DNA of 64,000 bases from an uncultured Actinomycetes bacterium (GCA_963806155.1 CAWDXC010000011.1:129819-193818), one strand, 5' to 3'. Positions 35,349-45,881 are shown, counted from the stretch's first letter. Numbers and translations: made by a program. Notes: generated from the letters alone by a model not told the origin.

Positions 35349-36287
35349 CTAGGCGGATTGCGCGACGCGATCGTTGAACCGCGGTGACGGACAGTAGAAG
35401 ATGCAGGCTCCGCACTGAGGGACAAAAGTAAACTGACCCAAAGCAGCATCAAACGGATGAGGCCTGGTCGAGGTGACCACCGCCTGGAAGTCCTCTTCGG
35501 TCGGGTCGGTTGGCATCGCAACCTTGGTCCTGCGGAAGCCTTTCTCTGCGAACGGCCACTTGCACTTGACCGGATGGAGTCGGGCGTGCGAGAAGGTTCT
35601 GTCCCCGATGGAGAATGATGTCCTTCCGGTCATCGCCCCGGTGGGACAACTCTCGATACACGCCAGCCCACAGTGATCCGGGCAACACAATTCGGGCCCA
35701 TCGTACATGGGTGACGGTTCAAGCGGTGCATCTGTGATGATTGAAACGAGCCTCTGTCTCGGTCCGAACTGCGGGGTCAACAGAAGGCCGCTGAACCCGA
35801 TCTCGCCAAGGCCGGCAGCCACAGCTGCGTGTCGATGCGAAAAGTCTGCTCTATTCCCATGCTTGTAGAGTAGGCCCGTGGGGGGGAAAGGCAGCCCGCG
35901 GAAGCCGTGTGTCTCGATTGATCTTGCCAGACGGTTTGCAGCCGAAGAAAGGTCCCAATTCAGCACTGGGTAGCCATACCACATGTATGGGCCGAGCGTC
36001 TTGCCCGGCCGGTCGTAGTGCCCGGCAACTTCGACGACGGCATCAAGTATCTTCGCGGCAAGGACTATGACAGATCTGGCCGTGGGCAAATAGTCGGTGG
36101 GTCTTCCCCCTTCCGGCCCCCCGCCGAGACGCCCCGCCGGTGCTACCCCAAACAGGTCAACACCCAGCTGTCCAGTGGCCAGGTCTCGCAGGCTCTGAGT
36201 CAAGTCGCCTCCGGTTGCTTGGGTCACGGTTCTCCTCCCAGTGAAGTGGCGCACCCGCCGTGCTGCCTGTGGCGTGGCTCTCCGCAC
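35349..36287 (-). CDS. Fe-S protein related to epoxyqueuosine reductase QueG / reductive-dehalogenase-associated DUF1730 proteins
   Basis: SHRHAAVAAGLGEIGFSGLLLTPQFGPRQRLVSIITDAPLEP resembles the QueG core. Two Cys clusters are present (CCPDHCGLACIESCP, CGACIFYCP). Start unresolved; the annotated GTG start may be upstream of the true one. Confidence 0.45.
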   Translation of the reverse strand: MRRATPQAARRVRHFTGRRTVTQATGGDLTQSLRDLATGQLGVDLFGVAPAGRLGGGPEGGRPTDYLPTARSVIVLAAKILDAVVEVAGHYDRPGKTLGPYMWYGYPVLNWDLSSAANRLARSIETHGFRGLPFPPTGLLYKHGNRADFSHRHAAVAAGLGEIGFSGLLLTPQFGPRQRLVSIITDAPLEPSPMYDGPELCCPDHCGLACIESCPTGAMTGRTSFSIGDRTFSHARLHPVKCKWPFAEKGFRRTKVAMPTDPTEEDFQAVVTSTRPHPFDAALGQFTFVPQCGACIFYCPSPRFNDRVAQSA

Positions 36288-36426
36288 CTGGCCACGCCAT
36301 TCGAGCGAGTGTCCCCACCGTGTCTCGTGGGGCCCTCATATGATAGTGCGCGGCCGGCCGTGGTGTGAGCGGCGACTCGGAAGGAAGCTACGAACCGCAA
36401 TTCGCGCTCTTAGCCCTGAAAGGTCG

Positions 36427-37663
36427 CTAGAGGGGCTCCCGTACCGTCCGCGGCCGTGCTTCTCCCGAAACCCTGCGGAAACCGAGCGCGATGAGCGCCA
36501 CGATGACCACCGGAAGCGCGACGGCTGCCATCGCTGCCCGGAACCCTACGCTGGCAGCCATCGGACCGAAAAGATACGGGAACACCATGGCTCCGATGCC
36601 CCCCGTGAACTCGACGGTGGAGAACAGCACTCCCGCGTGCCAATGGGGGAACTTGCTGGAGTAGCTGGAGATCAGGGAGAAGCTGGCAGCGGAACCAAGG
36701 CCGGCGGCGAACGTCATTATGAGCGAGATCTCCTGGGAGGGCGAGGCCGCAATCGCCCCCACGAAGACGGCCAGCAAGATCGAGAAGACGAACAACAGGG
36801 ACGAGGCCAGATACCGGCGGGTCAAGGGGATAGAGACCAGCCTGCCGATTATCTGACCCGCCATGTAGAGCGTGACCGTAAAGGCGGCCCATGTCTCACC
36901 CGCCCCAAAGACCTCGACCTCGAACTTGGGTAGCCACGTTATGAGGGTCATTTCTGCCCCCAGGTACATGAAGGCACCCCCGGCGATCAGGGCCAGAAGC
37001 CAGGGACTGAAACGCGGCGACCGCTCTGAGTTCGCGCAGACCCAGACTCTTTCTCCCCGGGATGTCGGCAAGAGGAAGCAGAGCGAAAACCACGGCTGCC
37101 GCGAGGACAAAGACGGCCTCGCCCGCATAGATCGTCCTCCAGGTAACGCCCCAACTGAGGAGCGACCCCAAGACCAGCGGGGCGATCGTCATGCCCGACA
37201 CCGAGGACAGCATCATGAGATTCATGGCCCAGGCGGTCGCCTGTCTTACGTGCACGCTCACCCACATGCCGGGCACAGCGGTCAAAATCACGCAGGGGAA
37301 GCCCACGAAGAAATACGCGACGCAGAACGACCACAATCCCTGCGCCAAGAGACCGGAGGCAGCTAGCGCTGCAGCTTCCATCAGGGCCGCTCCGACGAGG
37401 ATCCTTTTCACCGGCACTCTGGCCAGGAAGACATTGAGGAATATGATGGAAACGGCCGATCCCAGAGAGAAGGCCAGCGCCGGCAACCCGCCTTGGGCAA
37501 GGGGTATGCCCAGATCGTGCAGGATGGAGTCCAGCAGCGGACCGAGCGATACGAATATCACCCCGCTCTGGAAGTGAGCGAGATAGATGGGCAGGCCCAG
37601 GCTGGGCTCGCCCGCTGTCGGCTGCTGTGCGCCCGCGGTCATAGGTGCACTATGGACAGCCAC
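36427..37663 (-). pseudogene. MFS transporter split by one frameshift
   Basis: The N-terminal half of the MFS transporter (36896..37663) and the C-terminal half (36427..37128) are in different frames and overlap by ~230 nt. Junction ~37040-37100. Confidence 0.55.
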
Positions 37664-37948
37664 CCGCGGGAAGGCAAGCGGGTACTGGCGGCGCGGTTCG
37701 GGAGATCCAGGAGATCAGGACCGCTAAGGCCTCCTGAGCCCTGCGGAAGGGCCCCTCTCTCGCAGATGACACGCCGGGTCAGCGTGATAACGCCTGTTTT
37801 CCCTGCACAGAGGCAAGATACCGAACGGCAGCATGCCCAGCGCGGTGGCGGAACTGGAACTCGGAGATTATGGCCCTTCTGTCGGGAGGTATTGTTCGGT
37901 GGTCTTACCGTTTAACTGAATGACGGAATTCAGATGGTAGTTTCAGTC

Positions 37949-38455
37949 TTAGCCCACCATAATCCCCATTGTGTCAAACATATCTTCCATTTCCGGCGGG
38001 CAGTCATGCAACTGGAATACAATGCCCCCAGTCTTGTCAGGATCAAGGAAAGCCATGCGAACGCCATTCTTATATTGCGACCGTCCGATAATTTCAATGC
38101 CTTTCTTGTTCATCTCGGCAATCGTTGCGTCGAACTGTTCCCTGCTCACCGAGTAGCCAAAATGCCAAATGCCTTCTCCTTTGGCTTCCAGAAACTTCTC
38201 TACTATGGGGAAGGATATCGGTTCAAATAGCTCAATGACAATTGGTCCCCACTTGGCCAAAGCCACTTTACATCTGTTAGCCATTCCCCCCTCATAGTCC
38301 CTCGTTTCAAAATCATGCCCGCCATCAGCCTCCCCCAGGATATAACGGCGCCACGGTCCCAAGCCCAAATCCTCAAAATTCTTCACGGTCTTATCTATAT
38401 CCCTTACGGCCCATCCCAAGTGGGCTATGTTAGCAAACGGCAATCCTGGTATCAT
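37949..38455 (-). CDS. VOC-family protein (glyoxalase/bleomycin-resistance/dioxygenase fold)
   Basis: 168 aa with two beta-alpha-beta-beta-beta modules (…IAHLGWAVRDIDKTVKNFEDLGLGPW…, …WHFGYSV…). The gene and its ~150-nt AT-rich upstream region are ~47% GC, against ~62% for the window. Confidence 0.65.
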   Translation of the reverse strand: MIPGLPFANIAHLGWAVRDIDKTVKNFEDLGLGPWRRYILGEADGGHDFETRDYEGGMANRCKVALAKWGPIVIELFEPISFPIVEKFLEAKGEGIWHFGYSVSREQFDATIAEMNKKGIEIIGRSQYKNGVRMAFLDPDKTGGIVFQLHDCPPEMEDMFDTMGIMVG

Positions 38456-39005
38456 TTTGTTGTACCTCCTTTAGAAACTATATCTGTATTGAGTATCTCA
38501 TATCAATCGACAAATAAATACGTTTGATATCTTGTATCGGTCGATACCACATTTCTATCTCGATGGGTATGCAAAATCCGGTTAGCTCTTCCTTTCTCCC
38601 ATACCACCCCCTCCTTCAGGTCTCCGATGACAGAGAAGTACCTCTGCGAAGTGAACTGTCCCGCATCCGCCCGCCTCGATACTACGAGCCAGCGCCTCGC
38701 CGTTCATAGCGCTTCCCCCACGCTGGCTTTTCCGGCCAACGGGCGGCCTCGCCGCCAAGTTCCTGCTGAAGAGCATCCCACCCGCAGAGGCTTTGAAACG
38801 CGGGGTTGGCCTCAGGTACGCAGTGGTCATGGGCGCGCTGCAGTACGCCCTGCTCGCCAACGATGCAGTCTCCTTGCTTCATGGCTCTTACACAGGTGGT
38901 GCAGTACACCCACCAATCATCGCTCCTATCCTTCAACTGGGCTTGCGTTCAGAGACCGTCCTTCAGTCTTTTTCACCTCCTCATCGTTGGGAGGTTAAGC
39001 CTCAG

Positions 39006-40781
39006 TCAGTCACTGTTACAATCCAGCGCGATGATCGGTAGGAGCAGGTGTGACGGATACTCGCCGTTGTGATAGACCTTGTGGAGCACCGTCTTGCTGC
39101 TGCACACGTGAGGAGCGGCATATTCTATGTTCGTGAGCCCTCCGGTCCCAGTCGCCACGTCCATGCAGGTGATGTCCAGGCAGATCCGGTGACCGGCTTT
39201 GAACATGTTGGCGGTGGAGAGGATCTCGATCTGGTACTCATTGATTTCGCCCGGCACCACCGGTAGTTGCGCCTCTCGGGTCAGCGGGTGCCAGGGAGCC
39301 CATGGCGGTGAGCGTTCCGGGTCGATGGCGCGGTGCGAGGCCTTCAGCCAGCCGCGGGTCAATTCCCGTTCGGGCAGGTCGTCGGGCACGAAGCGTTCGC
39401 CCTCGCGCTGCGTGCGGACAGACACGTCCGGGCCCACGTCCTTGAGCACCACGATCCAGTTGGTGTCCTTCTGGTCGAGTTCCGCGTAGAGAGTCAGAGA
39501 GATAGGCCCAGCGACCAGGGTATCCTCGGGCAACGGGTCGGTCATGTAACGCAGTCGCTCGATCTTCATGGTCTTGGTGGGAGGCATCTGCACGAACGCG
39601 TCAGGCTCGCGCTCGACCGCCTGGGTCACTGCGGCCGGCAGATGAGGTTCCGTCTTGAGCCTCTCCCAACTGTGCAGGTAATACTTGGTCCATTGGGTGT
39701 TGGGGATGGGCCAGTCCTCCGCCGTGCGGTAGACGTTCTCTCCCATCACCCAGTACTTGACCGGCGGGTCGTCCATTATCCCGGTGTCTTCGCCCTTGAG
39801 CCAATAGTCGTACCAGCGCAGGATCTCGTCGTGCATCTCCCAGAATGGGCGCTCCATGTGAGCGGGACCGTTGATGATCATCTTCTTCGGCACGCCCCGG
39901 ATATTCTGGAACCAGTGCTGCATGCCTTGCCAGTGGAGCTTGTAACTGTAGGCATAGGCACCAGAACCTGTGTAGAAGGGAATCTTGATCTTCTTGAACA
40001 ACTCCTCGCTCTGGGCGAGGGCTGCAGAGTCGTCATAAGGGTTGACCAGGAAGTCGTACATTCCATGGTTACGCTGCCCCTTCTGGGTCAGGATGCCCCA
40101 AAGGTGCGCGTACATCTTGTAGTCGGGGTTCTTGATGGCCCACTCCCACCGTTCCTGCTCTTCTGGAGGCAAACTCTCGGGCGGCGCGCCGCAGGGCTCG
40201 TGCACGGTGCCCAGGGGGAACAGGTAGTACATCATGGTGTGCACCACCCCGCCGGGATTGAATTCCCGGAAGCTCCACATACCGCCGTAGGCGCCCATGG
40301 GGTCATAGGGGAAGATGGCCTTCAGTGCCGGGTGCCCCTGCGCCGCAGCCCGGAACTGCTCGCCTCCGAACGCTGAGATGCCGACCATGCCCACGTTGCC
40401 GTCAGACCAGGGCTGCTGTGTGATCCATTCGATCATGTCGTAGTGGTCGGTCTCGTCCTCGCCGTAGTTGCCCTCCGACTTTCCGGCACCCCTGAGTTGG
40501 CAGTGCACGTGGACATAGCCGTTGGCGACAAACCGTTTGGTGTCGCCGCTCTCGACCACTCCGTACCAGAGGGGAGAATAAGCAGGTTGAGGGGGAATGA
40601 CATCCGCGATCTCGGGCCGTTGCAGATCCTTGTTGTGGACCGCGCAGGTGTAAAGGGTGGGGAATCTGCCCGGGGCATCCGGACGATAGATGTCGGCTAC
40701 GAGCCTCACCCCGTCGCGCATAGATATCTTGATGTCCTCCTCTTCGATCATGCGCTCATAGACCGTCTTTTCGGATCCCAT
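39006..40781 (-). CDS. CocE/NonD-family (X-Pro dipeptidyl-peptidase S15-like) alpha/beta hydrolase
   Basis: 591 aa from the ATG at 40781 (RBS AAGGAG). An N-terminal hydrolase domain, with the nucleophile motif GxSxGG as GISAFGG, plus a C-terminal beta-sandwich domain. The ORF track extends to 40985 with no RBS. Confidence 0.7.
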   Translation of the reverse strand: MGSEKTVYERMIEEEDIKISMRDGVRLVADIYRPDAPGRFPTLYTCAVHNKDLQRPEIADVIPPQPAYSPLWYGVVESGDTKRFVANGYVHVHCQLRGAGKSEGNYGEDETDHYDMIEWITQQPWSDGNVGMVGISAFGGEQFRAAAQGHPALKAIFPYDPMGAYGGMWSFREFNPGGVVHTMMYYLFPLGTVHEPCGAPPESLPPEEQERWEWAIKNPDYKMYAHLWGILTQKGQRNHGMYDFLVNPYDDSAALAQSEELFKKIKIPFYTGSGAYAYSYKLHWQGMQHWFQNIRGVPKKMIINGPAHMERPFWEMHDEILRWYDYWLKGEDTGIMDDPPVKYWVMGENVYRTAEDWPIPNTQWTKYYLHSWERLKTEPHLPAAVTQAVEREPDAFVQMPPTKTMKIERLRYMTDPLPEDTLVAGPISLTLYAELDQKDTNWIVVLKDVGPDVSVRTQREGERFVPDDLPERELTRGWLKASHRAIDPERSPPWAPWHPLTREAQLPVVPGEINEYQIEILSTANMFKAGHRICLDITCMDVATGTGGLTNIEYAAPHVCSSKTVLHKVYHNGEYPSHLLLPIIALDCNSD

Positions 40782-40917
40782 ACTGATCTCCTTGCTCTCG
40801 GACCTCGTTATCTGGCAGTCGACACAAACCAACGCATCGACCGGCGATCCACCCCCGCGGTGATTGCCCGCCCGCGTACTGTTCCTCGAACTCCATCCGC
40901 CTGACGCTCCAACCCAG

Positions 40918-41841
40918 TCAGGAGCCTGCGCAGAGAGCCTGAAGCACCTTGAAGCGGTGGTCCACTTGGCCCTGAAGAACGGCAAGGTCGTCCTCGCGTA
41001 GGTGCTTGAACTTGCCCAAGGTCTTGGTCAGTTCGCCCACGGGCTTGGGGTCCCTGACGGGCTGGGTTATGCGGCACACGCCGTTTTCCATCTCCCAAAG
41101 GGGGAAGTAGTTCGTCCTGACTGCGTCCCGGCACACCTGAATCGACGAGTCCTCGGGAATCCTCCAGCCCACCACGCACGGGCAGAATACGTGCAGGTAG
41201 GCGAAGCCCTCTTTGGCCTTCTCTTTGGCCTTAACCAGCTTCTTGGCGTAGTCCTCGAGGTGGCTGAGGGTAGCGGTGGCCACGTAAGGAATGTCGTGCA
41301 TGGCCATCACCAACGGCATGTTCTTGGAGGCGGTAGTCTTGCCTCGGGCAGCGCTGCCCACTGGGGTCGTGCTGGTCGCAGAGCCGTAAGGCGTGGCGCT
41401 GCTCTGCTGGATGCCGGTGTTCATGTAGCCTTCGTTGTCGTAGGTGATGTAGATCATCTTTTCGTTGCGCTCGGCGGCGCCGCTCAGGGTCTGAAAGCCG
41501 ACGTCTTGGGCGCAGCCGTCCCCCGTATGACAGACCACGGTCGCGTCGATGCCGGCCTGCTGGTAGTAGCGGGTGAGTCCGGAGGCGCTGGAAGCCACCC
41601 CGGTCATGGTGCAGGCGTAGTAAGCGTGGCGATGCCAGGCGCCCACGTTTTGCCCGTGCAGGACGGGCGCCGAGCAAGACGGGGTGCCCACGAAGATGAT
41701 GTCCTTGCCCAGCACCCTCGATACGAACCTCAGGTTCAGCTCGAGGGTGCACCCCGCACAGAAGGCCACCCCCGGCGAGAACTGGTCCTCGTTCTGGTAG
41801 TAATCACATGCCTTGGGCTGTCTCTTTCTTTGCTCCGCCAT
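40918..41841 (-). CDS. porB: 2-oxoacid:ferredoxin oxidoreductase beta subunit (TPP-binding)
   Basis: The CAGCTL N-terminal Cys motif and the TPP motif GDG…N. 307 aa. Confidence 0.8.
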   Translation of the reverse strand: MAEQRKRQPKACDYYQNEDQFSPGVAFCAGCTLELNLRFVSRVLGKDIIFVGTPSCSAPVLHGQNVGAWHRHAYYACTMTGVASSASGLTRYYQQAGIDATVVCHTGDGCAQDVGFQTLSGAAERNEKMIYITYDNEGYMNTGIQQSSATPYGSATSTTPVGSAARGKTTASKNMPLVMAMHDIPYVATATLSHLEDYAKKLVKAKEKAKEGFAYLHVFCPCVVGWRIPEDSSIQVCRDAVRTNYFPLWEMENGVCRITQPVRDPKPVGELTKTLGKFKHLREDDLAVLQGQVDHRFKVLQALCAGS

Positions 41842-41978
41842 TTCAGGCCCTCACTCGCGCTCTGGTGACGGGGTCGCTCGTGGCGCCAGGGGCGAGGCTG
41901 ACGCAGCCGCGCTGCCCGCGCCGGCCATGCCGACTACGTCGTTCGACGCGCTCGCACACGCCATGCCGACCGCGCCGC

Positions 41979-43169
41979 TCACGGTAACCACCTCACTTGC
42001 TGGTAGGGCGACCCTTGAGAGGCCGCGTGAATGTCGTCGATCATGGTGGCGATGTGTTCCTGGGTGATGTCCATGTTGGCCAGGCCGTCGATGAAGCTTA
42101 GCATCGGCACGACGCCGATCCGGGGCGTCAGCGCCAGGGTCTCCATGTAGAGTGGTCCGCAATCCCAACCGAAGCAGATGCTGCGATCGAGCACGCCGAT
42201 GGCCTTCTTTCCCCTGAGCGCTTCAGCCAGGCGTTCAACCGGGAAGGGGCGGTAGAGCCGCAGCTTGACCAGGCCCACCTTGACCCCCTCCTCGCGCTTG
42301 GCATCGACGACTGTGCGCGCGGTCCCCACGGCGCTGCCGCTGGTGACCAGCACGATCTCGGCGTCTTGGGTACGGTACTCCTCGATCTGGCCGCCATATC
42401 CACGGCCGAAGGCGACCTCGAAGTCTTGCTCGATCTCTTCCAGCTTGGGCTTGACCCGCTCCAGGGCCGCCATGTGCTTCTTACGGAGCTCGACATAGCC
42501 CATGCCGATCCCGTGGCTGCCGCATCCCAGCGGGACTCCGGGCATCAACGTCGGCCGCGGAGGCTGGCTCTTCAGCACGGCGAGATAGTCATCCACCTCC
42601 GCACTACTCGGAATCTCCACCGATTCTGCCAGGAATGAGAGGTAGTAGCCGTCGTAGTTGACGATCACCGGCAGCTGGATGTCGTAGTCTTCGGCTAAAC
42701 GGAAGGCCATGATGGTGGTATCCAGTATCTCCTGGCAGTTCTCCACGATCAGCTGAACCCAGCCTGTGTCCCGGACCGAGATCATGTCCTGTTGTCCGGA
42801 ACAGACCGCGAGGATCCCGGGCGGCTCCCGGTTCACGTTGATCATCACCACGGGCGCCCGATAGCCCGCCGTGTTGAACATGGCATCGTACATGTAGACC
42901 AGGCCGTAGGAAGAGGTGGCAGTGAACGCCCGCCCGCCAGCTATGGTCGCCGCGCACACCACGTTCTGGGCCGAGTTCTCCCCCTCCACGGTCACGTACT
43001 GGCAATCCAACACGCCATCGGCGTGGAACTTGGCCAGCTGCTCGATCACCTCGCTCTGAGGAGTGATGGGATAGGCGGCCACCACGTCCGGCCGGCACAG
43101 GAGCGCCGCGTACGCAGCCGCTCCGTTGCCCGTTATGACCTTCGTCTGTCTATCCAACACGACAGTCAT
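41979..43169 (-). CDS. porA: 2-oxoacid:ferredoxin oxidoreductase alpha subunit
   Basis: 396 aa. The POR domain I/II pattern is present (…GNGAAAYAAL…, …TSSYGLVYMYDAMF…). Confidence 0.8.
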   Translation of the reverse strand: MTVVLDRQTKVITGNGAAAYAALLCRPDVVAAYPITPQSEVIEQLAKFHADGVLDCQYVTVEGENSAQNVVCAATIAGGRAFTATSSYGLVYMYDAMFNTAGYRAPVVMINVNREPPGILAVCSGQQDMISVRDTGWVQLIVENCQEILDTTIMAFRLAEDYDIQLPVIVNYDGYYLSFLAESVEIPSSAEVDDYLAVLKSQPPRPTLMPGVPLGCGSHGIGMGYVELRKKHMAALERVKPKLEEIEQDFEVAFGRGYGGQIEEYRTQDAEIVLVTSGSAVGTARTVVDAKREEGVKVGLVKLRLYRPFPVERLAEALRGKKAIGVLDRSICFGWDCGPLYMETLALTPRIGVVPMLSFIDGLANMDITQEHIATMIDDIHAASQGSPYQQVRWLP

Positions 43170-43464
43170 CGGCGTAGTCTCCTTCGGGGGTCATGGTTAT
43201 CGCCCCTTTGGGGCACTCCCGGGCGCAGACGCCGCACCCCTTGCAGTACTCGAGATCGGCCTTGTAGTGGATGCCGTCCTTGTCGTCACCGATGCACTGG
43301 ATCGGGCAGTAGATATAGCAGAACCCGCAGGCGTTGCATTTGTCCTTGTCGAAGACGGGCCGCTCCGTGCGCCAGTCACCCGTGTGCAGGCACAGCAGGA
43401 CGCCGCTCGCATCGGACCAGCTGGCCTCGGTCTCGAAGATGTCCTGGGGCTCGGTATCTACCAT
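43150..43464 (-). CDS. porD: 2-oxoacid:ferredoxin oxidoreductase delta subunit (2[4Fe-4S] ferredoxin)
   Basis: CNACGFCYIYCP and CKGCGVCARECP motifs. ATG at 43464. The ORF-track N-terminal extension lacks support. Confidence 0.75.
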   Translation of the reverse strand: MVDTEPQDIFETEASWSDASGVLLCLHTGDWRTERPVFDKDKCNACGFCYIYCPIQCIGDDKDGIHYKADLEYCKGCGVCARECPKGAITMTPEGDYADDCRVG

Positions 43465-44012
43465 GTCGTCACTTCCACTTCCTCGTAGCCGCGCTCGACG
43501 TTGCGGATGTTCCTTTTCAGCATGTCGCCCTCCAGATAGTCCCCCAGCCCTTTTAGCGCCGAGTCCAGCCCAACCCAGCCGGTGACCCGGGCCAGCGCGC
43601 CGACAAGGCATGTGTTGGGGATGTCGCGGCCGATCTCGCAGAGGGCTATCGATGTCGCGTTGACGATGCCCGCTTTCTTGAGATTCGGGTGGGGCTGACT
43701 GTCCAACGGCTTCGCCCGGTTGAGGATGAGCACTCCCTCGGGTTTCAGCCCGTCGAAGAGGTTCTTGAGGGTGAGGAGGGTCGGGTCGATGACGACCAGG
43801 CAGTCAGGCGTATAGATCTGGGTCTTCTCGCGGATGGGTTGGTCGTCGAAGCGGGTGAAGGCCACCACCGGCATCCCCCGCCGCTCGAACCCGTACATGG
43901 GGAAGCTGGCCACGTATTTGCCCTCGGCCGCACAGGCCGAGGCCAGCATCCTCGCGGCAAGCACGGCCCCCTGCCCTCCACGGCCGTGGAAGCGGATCTC
44001 AGTCGCAGACAA
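43458..44012 (-). CDS. porG: 2-oxoacid:ferredoxin oxidoreductase gamma subunit
   Basis: IRFHGRGGQGAV N-terminus. 184 aa. Overlaps porD by 7 nt. Confidence 0.75.
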   Translation of the reverse strand: MSATEIRFHGRGGQGAVLAARMLASACAAEGKYVASFPMYGFERRGMPVVAFTRFDDQPIREKTQIYTPDCLVVIDPTLLTLKNLFDGLKPEGVLILNRAKPLDSQPHPNLKKAGIVNATSIALCEIGRDIPNTCLVGALARVTGWVGLDSALKGLGDYLEGDMLKRNIRNVERGYEEVEVTTW

Positions 44013-44054
44013 TATCGCTCCTTTGTGCTCCTTCGTTAATGGCCCGTGCGCAGG

Positions 44055-45737
44055 CTACGCCTTCGGTGCCTCTCCGGCGACGGCCTCGGCCTCCAGTTTC
44101 TTGCGGATATCTTCGCGCAAAACTTGTTTGTTGAGCTTCTGCACGTTCGTGTACGGCATCTCCTCGACGAACTCGATGCGCTCCGGCAGTTGCTGCACCG
44201 ACGCTTTTTCCTCACGCAGGAAGACGATGATCTCCTCAAAGGTCAGTACGACGCCCGGGATCGGCTCGACGTAGGCGCAAACCCGCTCTCCCATGACCGG
44301 ATCGGGCATCGGTACGACGGCGCACACCGCCACTTCCGGGTGCCGGGTGATGAGGCCCTCGATGACCGTGGCGCTGATGCTCTCGCCGCCGCGGTTGATC
44401 ATCTCCTTGAGACGGCCGGTGAGCGTAACGTAGCCGTTCTCGTCGATGACCGCCACGTCACCGGTCTTGAAGAACCCGTCCTGGTCGAAGACCTTGGCGT
44501 TCTCCTCAGGGTTCTTGTAGTAGCCGGAGAACACCGAGGGACCCTTGACCAGCAGTTCACCTGCCGTGTTCGGAGGCAGGGTGTTGCCGTCTCGGTCGGC
44601 CACCTTGTAGATATCGCGCTGGCAGGTAGGCCTGCCCACGGTGGAACAGATCACCTCGATGTCGTCCTCGGCGCAAGTGATAGTGGTCATGCCTTCGGTG
44701 GCGCCGTAGCCGTTGTGGAACCTCATGTTGAGCCGGCCGAACACTTCGCGTACCAGCTCGGGAAATGCAGCGCCGCCCGCGCTGTGCATCTTCTTCAAGC
44801 TAGTCAGGTCGTACTTGTGGAGATCTTCGAACTGGAGCAGCCGTTGGGCAAGGGTGGGTACCCAGATGACCGAGGTGACCCGCTCGCGCTCGATGGTCTC
44901 GCAGATGGTGGCGGCATCGGTGGAGTCGAGCATCACGAGCCTGCCGAGCGTCAGGACGCTGCCCAAGAAGCCTTTGGACAAGGGCAGATGGTGACCGATT
45001 GATCCTACGATCAGGTTCACGTCCTCGCAGTGCTGGTCCCACGCTTTGGAGCAGTACTCCACGTTGCAGCCCAGGTCGTTGTGGGTGAGGGGCACCAGCT
45101 TCGGCTCCCCCGTCGTGCCTCCGGTGGGACCCATGTGAGCCACCTGTCTCGCATCGGGACGACGCTCGGCCAAGCGGGCCAGATCCTCCTCTGTGGGCTC
45201 CGTTTCCGCAATCAGCCGTTCCAGACTGGAGAAGCCCGGCCGGTCGACCTCGCCCCGGACCGTGATGACGTGGACGATCTGAGGACACAACTGCAGAGTG
45301 CCCTCGATGATGGGGAGAAACTCCGTCTTGCCGTACCTCAGCGGCACTATCCAAGTGGTCGCCTCCGCGATCTCGGCCAGACGTTCGATCTCGTGCTGCC
45401 GGTAGCGGTCGATCAGCATCACCGTGATGGCACCGATCTTCTGGCAGGCGAAGTAGGCGTCTACGAACTCGCTCCAGGTGGGCATCTGCACCAAGACCCG
45501 GTCTCGCGGCTGGACACCCAGCTCCGTTAAGCCGATGGCCAACCGGTCCGCCCTCTCCTTCGCCTGGGCGTAGGTGAGACGGTTCTGCCTATCGACGAAG
45601 GCTTCCCGATTCGGATGGAGATATGCGGCCCGATCAAGCAGTTCGCCCAGCGTCAGGCCGCTCCACCATCTGCCCTCGAGATACTCCCGGGAGTCTTCCT
45701 CGGCGTAGGGCGTCGCTCCCGCCAGTATCTGGAACAT
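44055..45737 (-). CDS. AMP-forming acyl/aryl-CoA ligase (class I adenylate-forming enzyme)
   Basis: The MGPTGGTTGEPK (A3), YGATE (A5) and GDVAV…GRLKEMINRGGE (A7/A8) motifs. 560 aa. Confidence 0.8.
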   Translation of the reverse strand: MFQILAGATPYAEEDSREYLEGRWWSGLTLGELLDRAAYLHPNREAFVDRQNRLTYAQAKERADRLAIGLTELGVQPRDRVLVQMPTWSEFVDAYFACQKIGAITVMLIDRYRQHEIERLAEIAEATTWIVPLRYGKTEFLPIIEGTLQLCPQIVHVITVRGEVDRPGFSSLERLIAETEPTEEDLARLAERRPDARQVAHMGPTGGTTGEPKLVPLTHNDLGCNVEYCSKAWDQHCEDVNLIVGSIGHHLPLSKGFLGSVLTLGRLVMLDSTDAATICETIERERVTSVIWVPTLAQRLLQFEDLHKYDLTSLKKMHSAGGAAFPELVREVFGRLNMRFHNGYGATEGMTTITCAEDDIEVICSTVGRPTCQRDIYKVADRDGNTLPPNTAGELLVKGPSVFSGYYKNPEENAKVFDQDGFFKTGDVAVIDENGYVTLTGRLKEMINRGGESISATVIEGLITRHPEVAVCAVVPMPDPVMGERVCAYVEPIPGVVLTFEEIIVFLREEKASVQQLPERIEFVEEMPYTNVQKLNKQVLREDIRKKLEAEAVAGEAPKA

Positions 45738-45881
45738 GGCCTCGTCCCCCTTCCCAGCTCACACCGCGCAGCCGGCGAGCACGCCTTCGCGGACCGCCTC
45801 CGCCATCAGTCCCGGTTCCCGGCAGCTGCTCACCGCTACGCGCCGTCCTAAAAACTGCGTGGAGATTCCGGTCTTCCTGCC

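Noticed and set aside
38682-38936. 84-aa minus-strand ORF with several Cys/His (YCTTC…HDHC) as a possible zinc-ribbon protein
   Set aside because: It lies in the AT-rich to GC-rich transition upstream of the VOC gene, with no RBS and no recognisable family. It overlaps other small ORFs and is probably non-coding.
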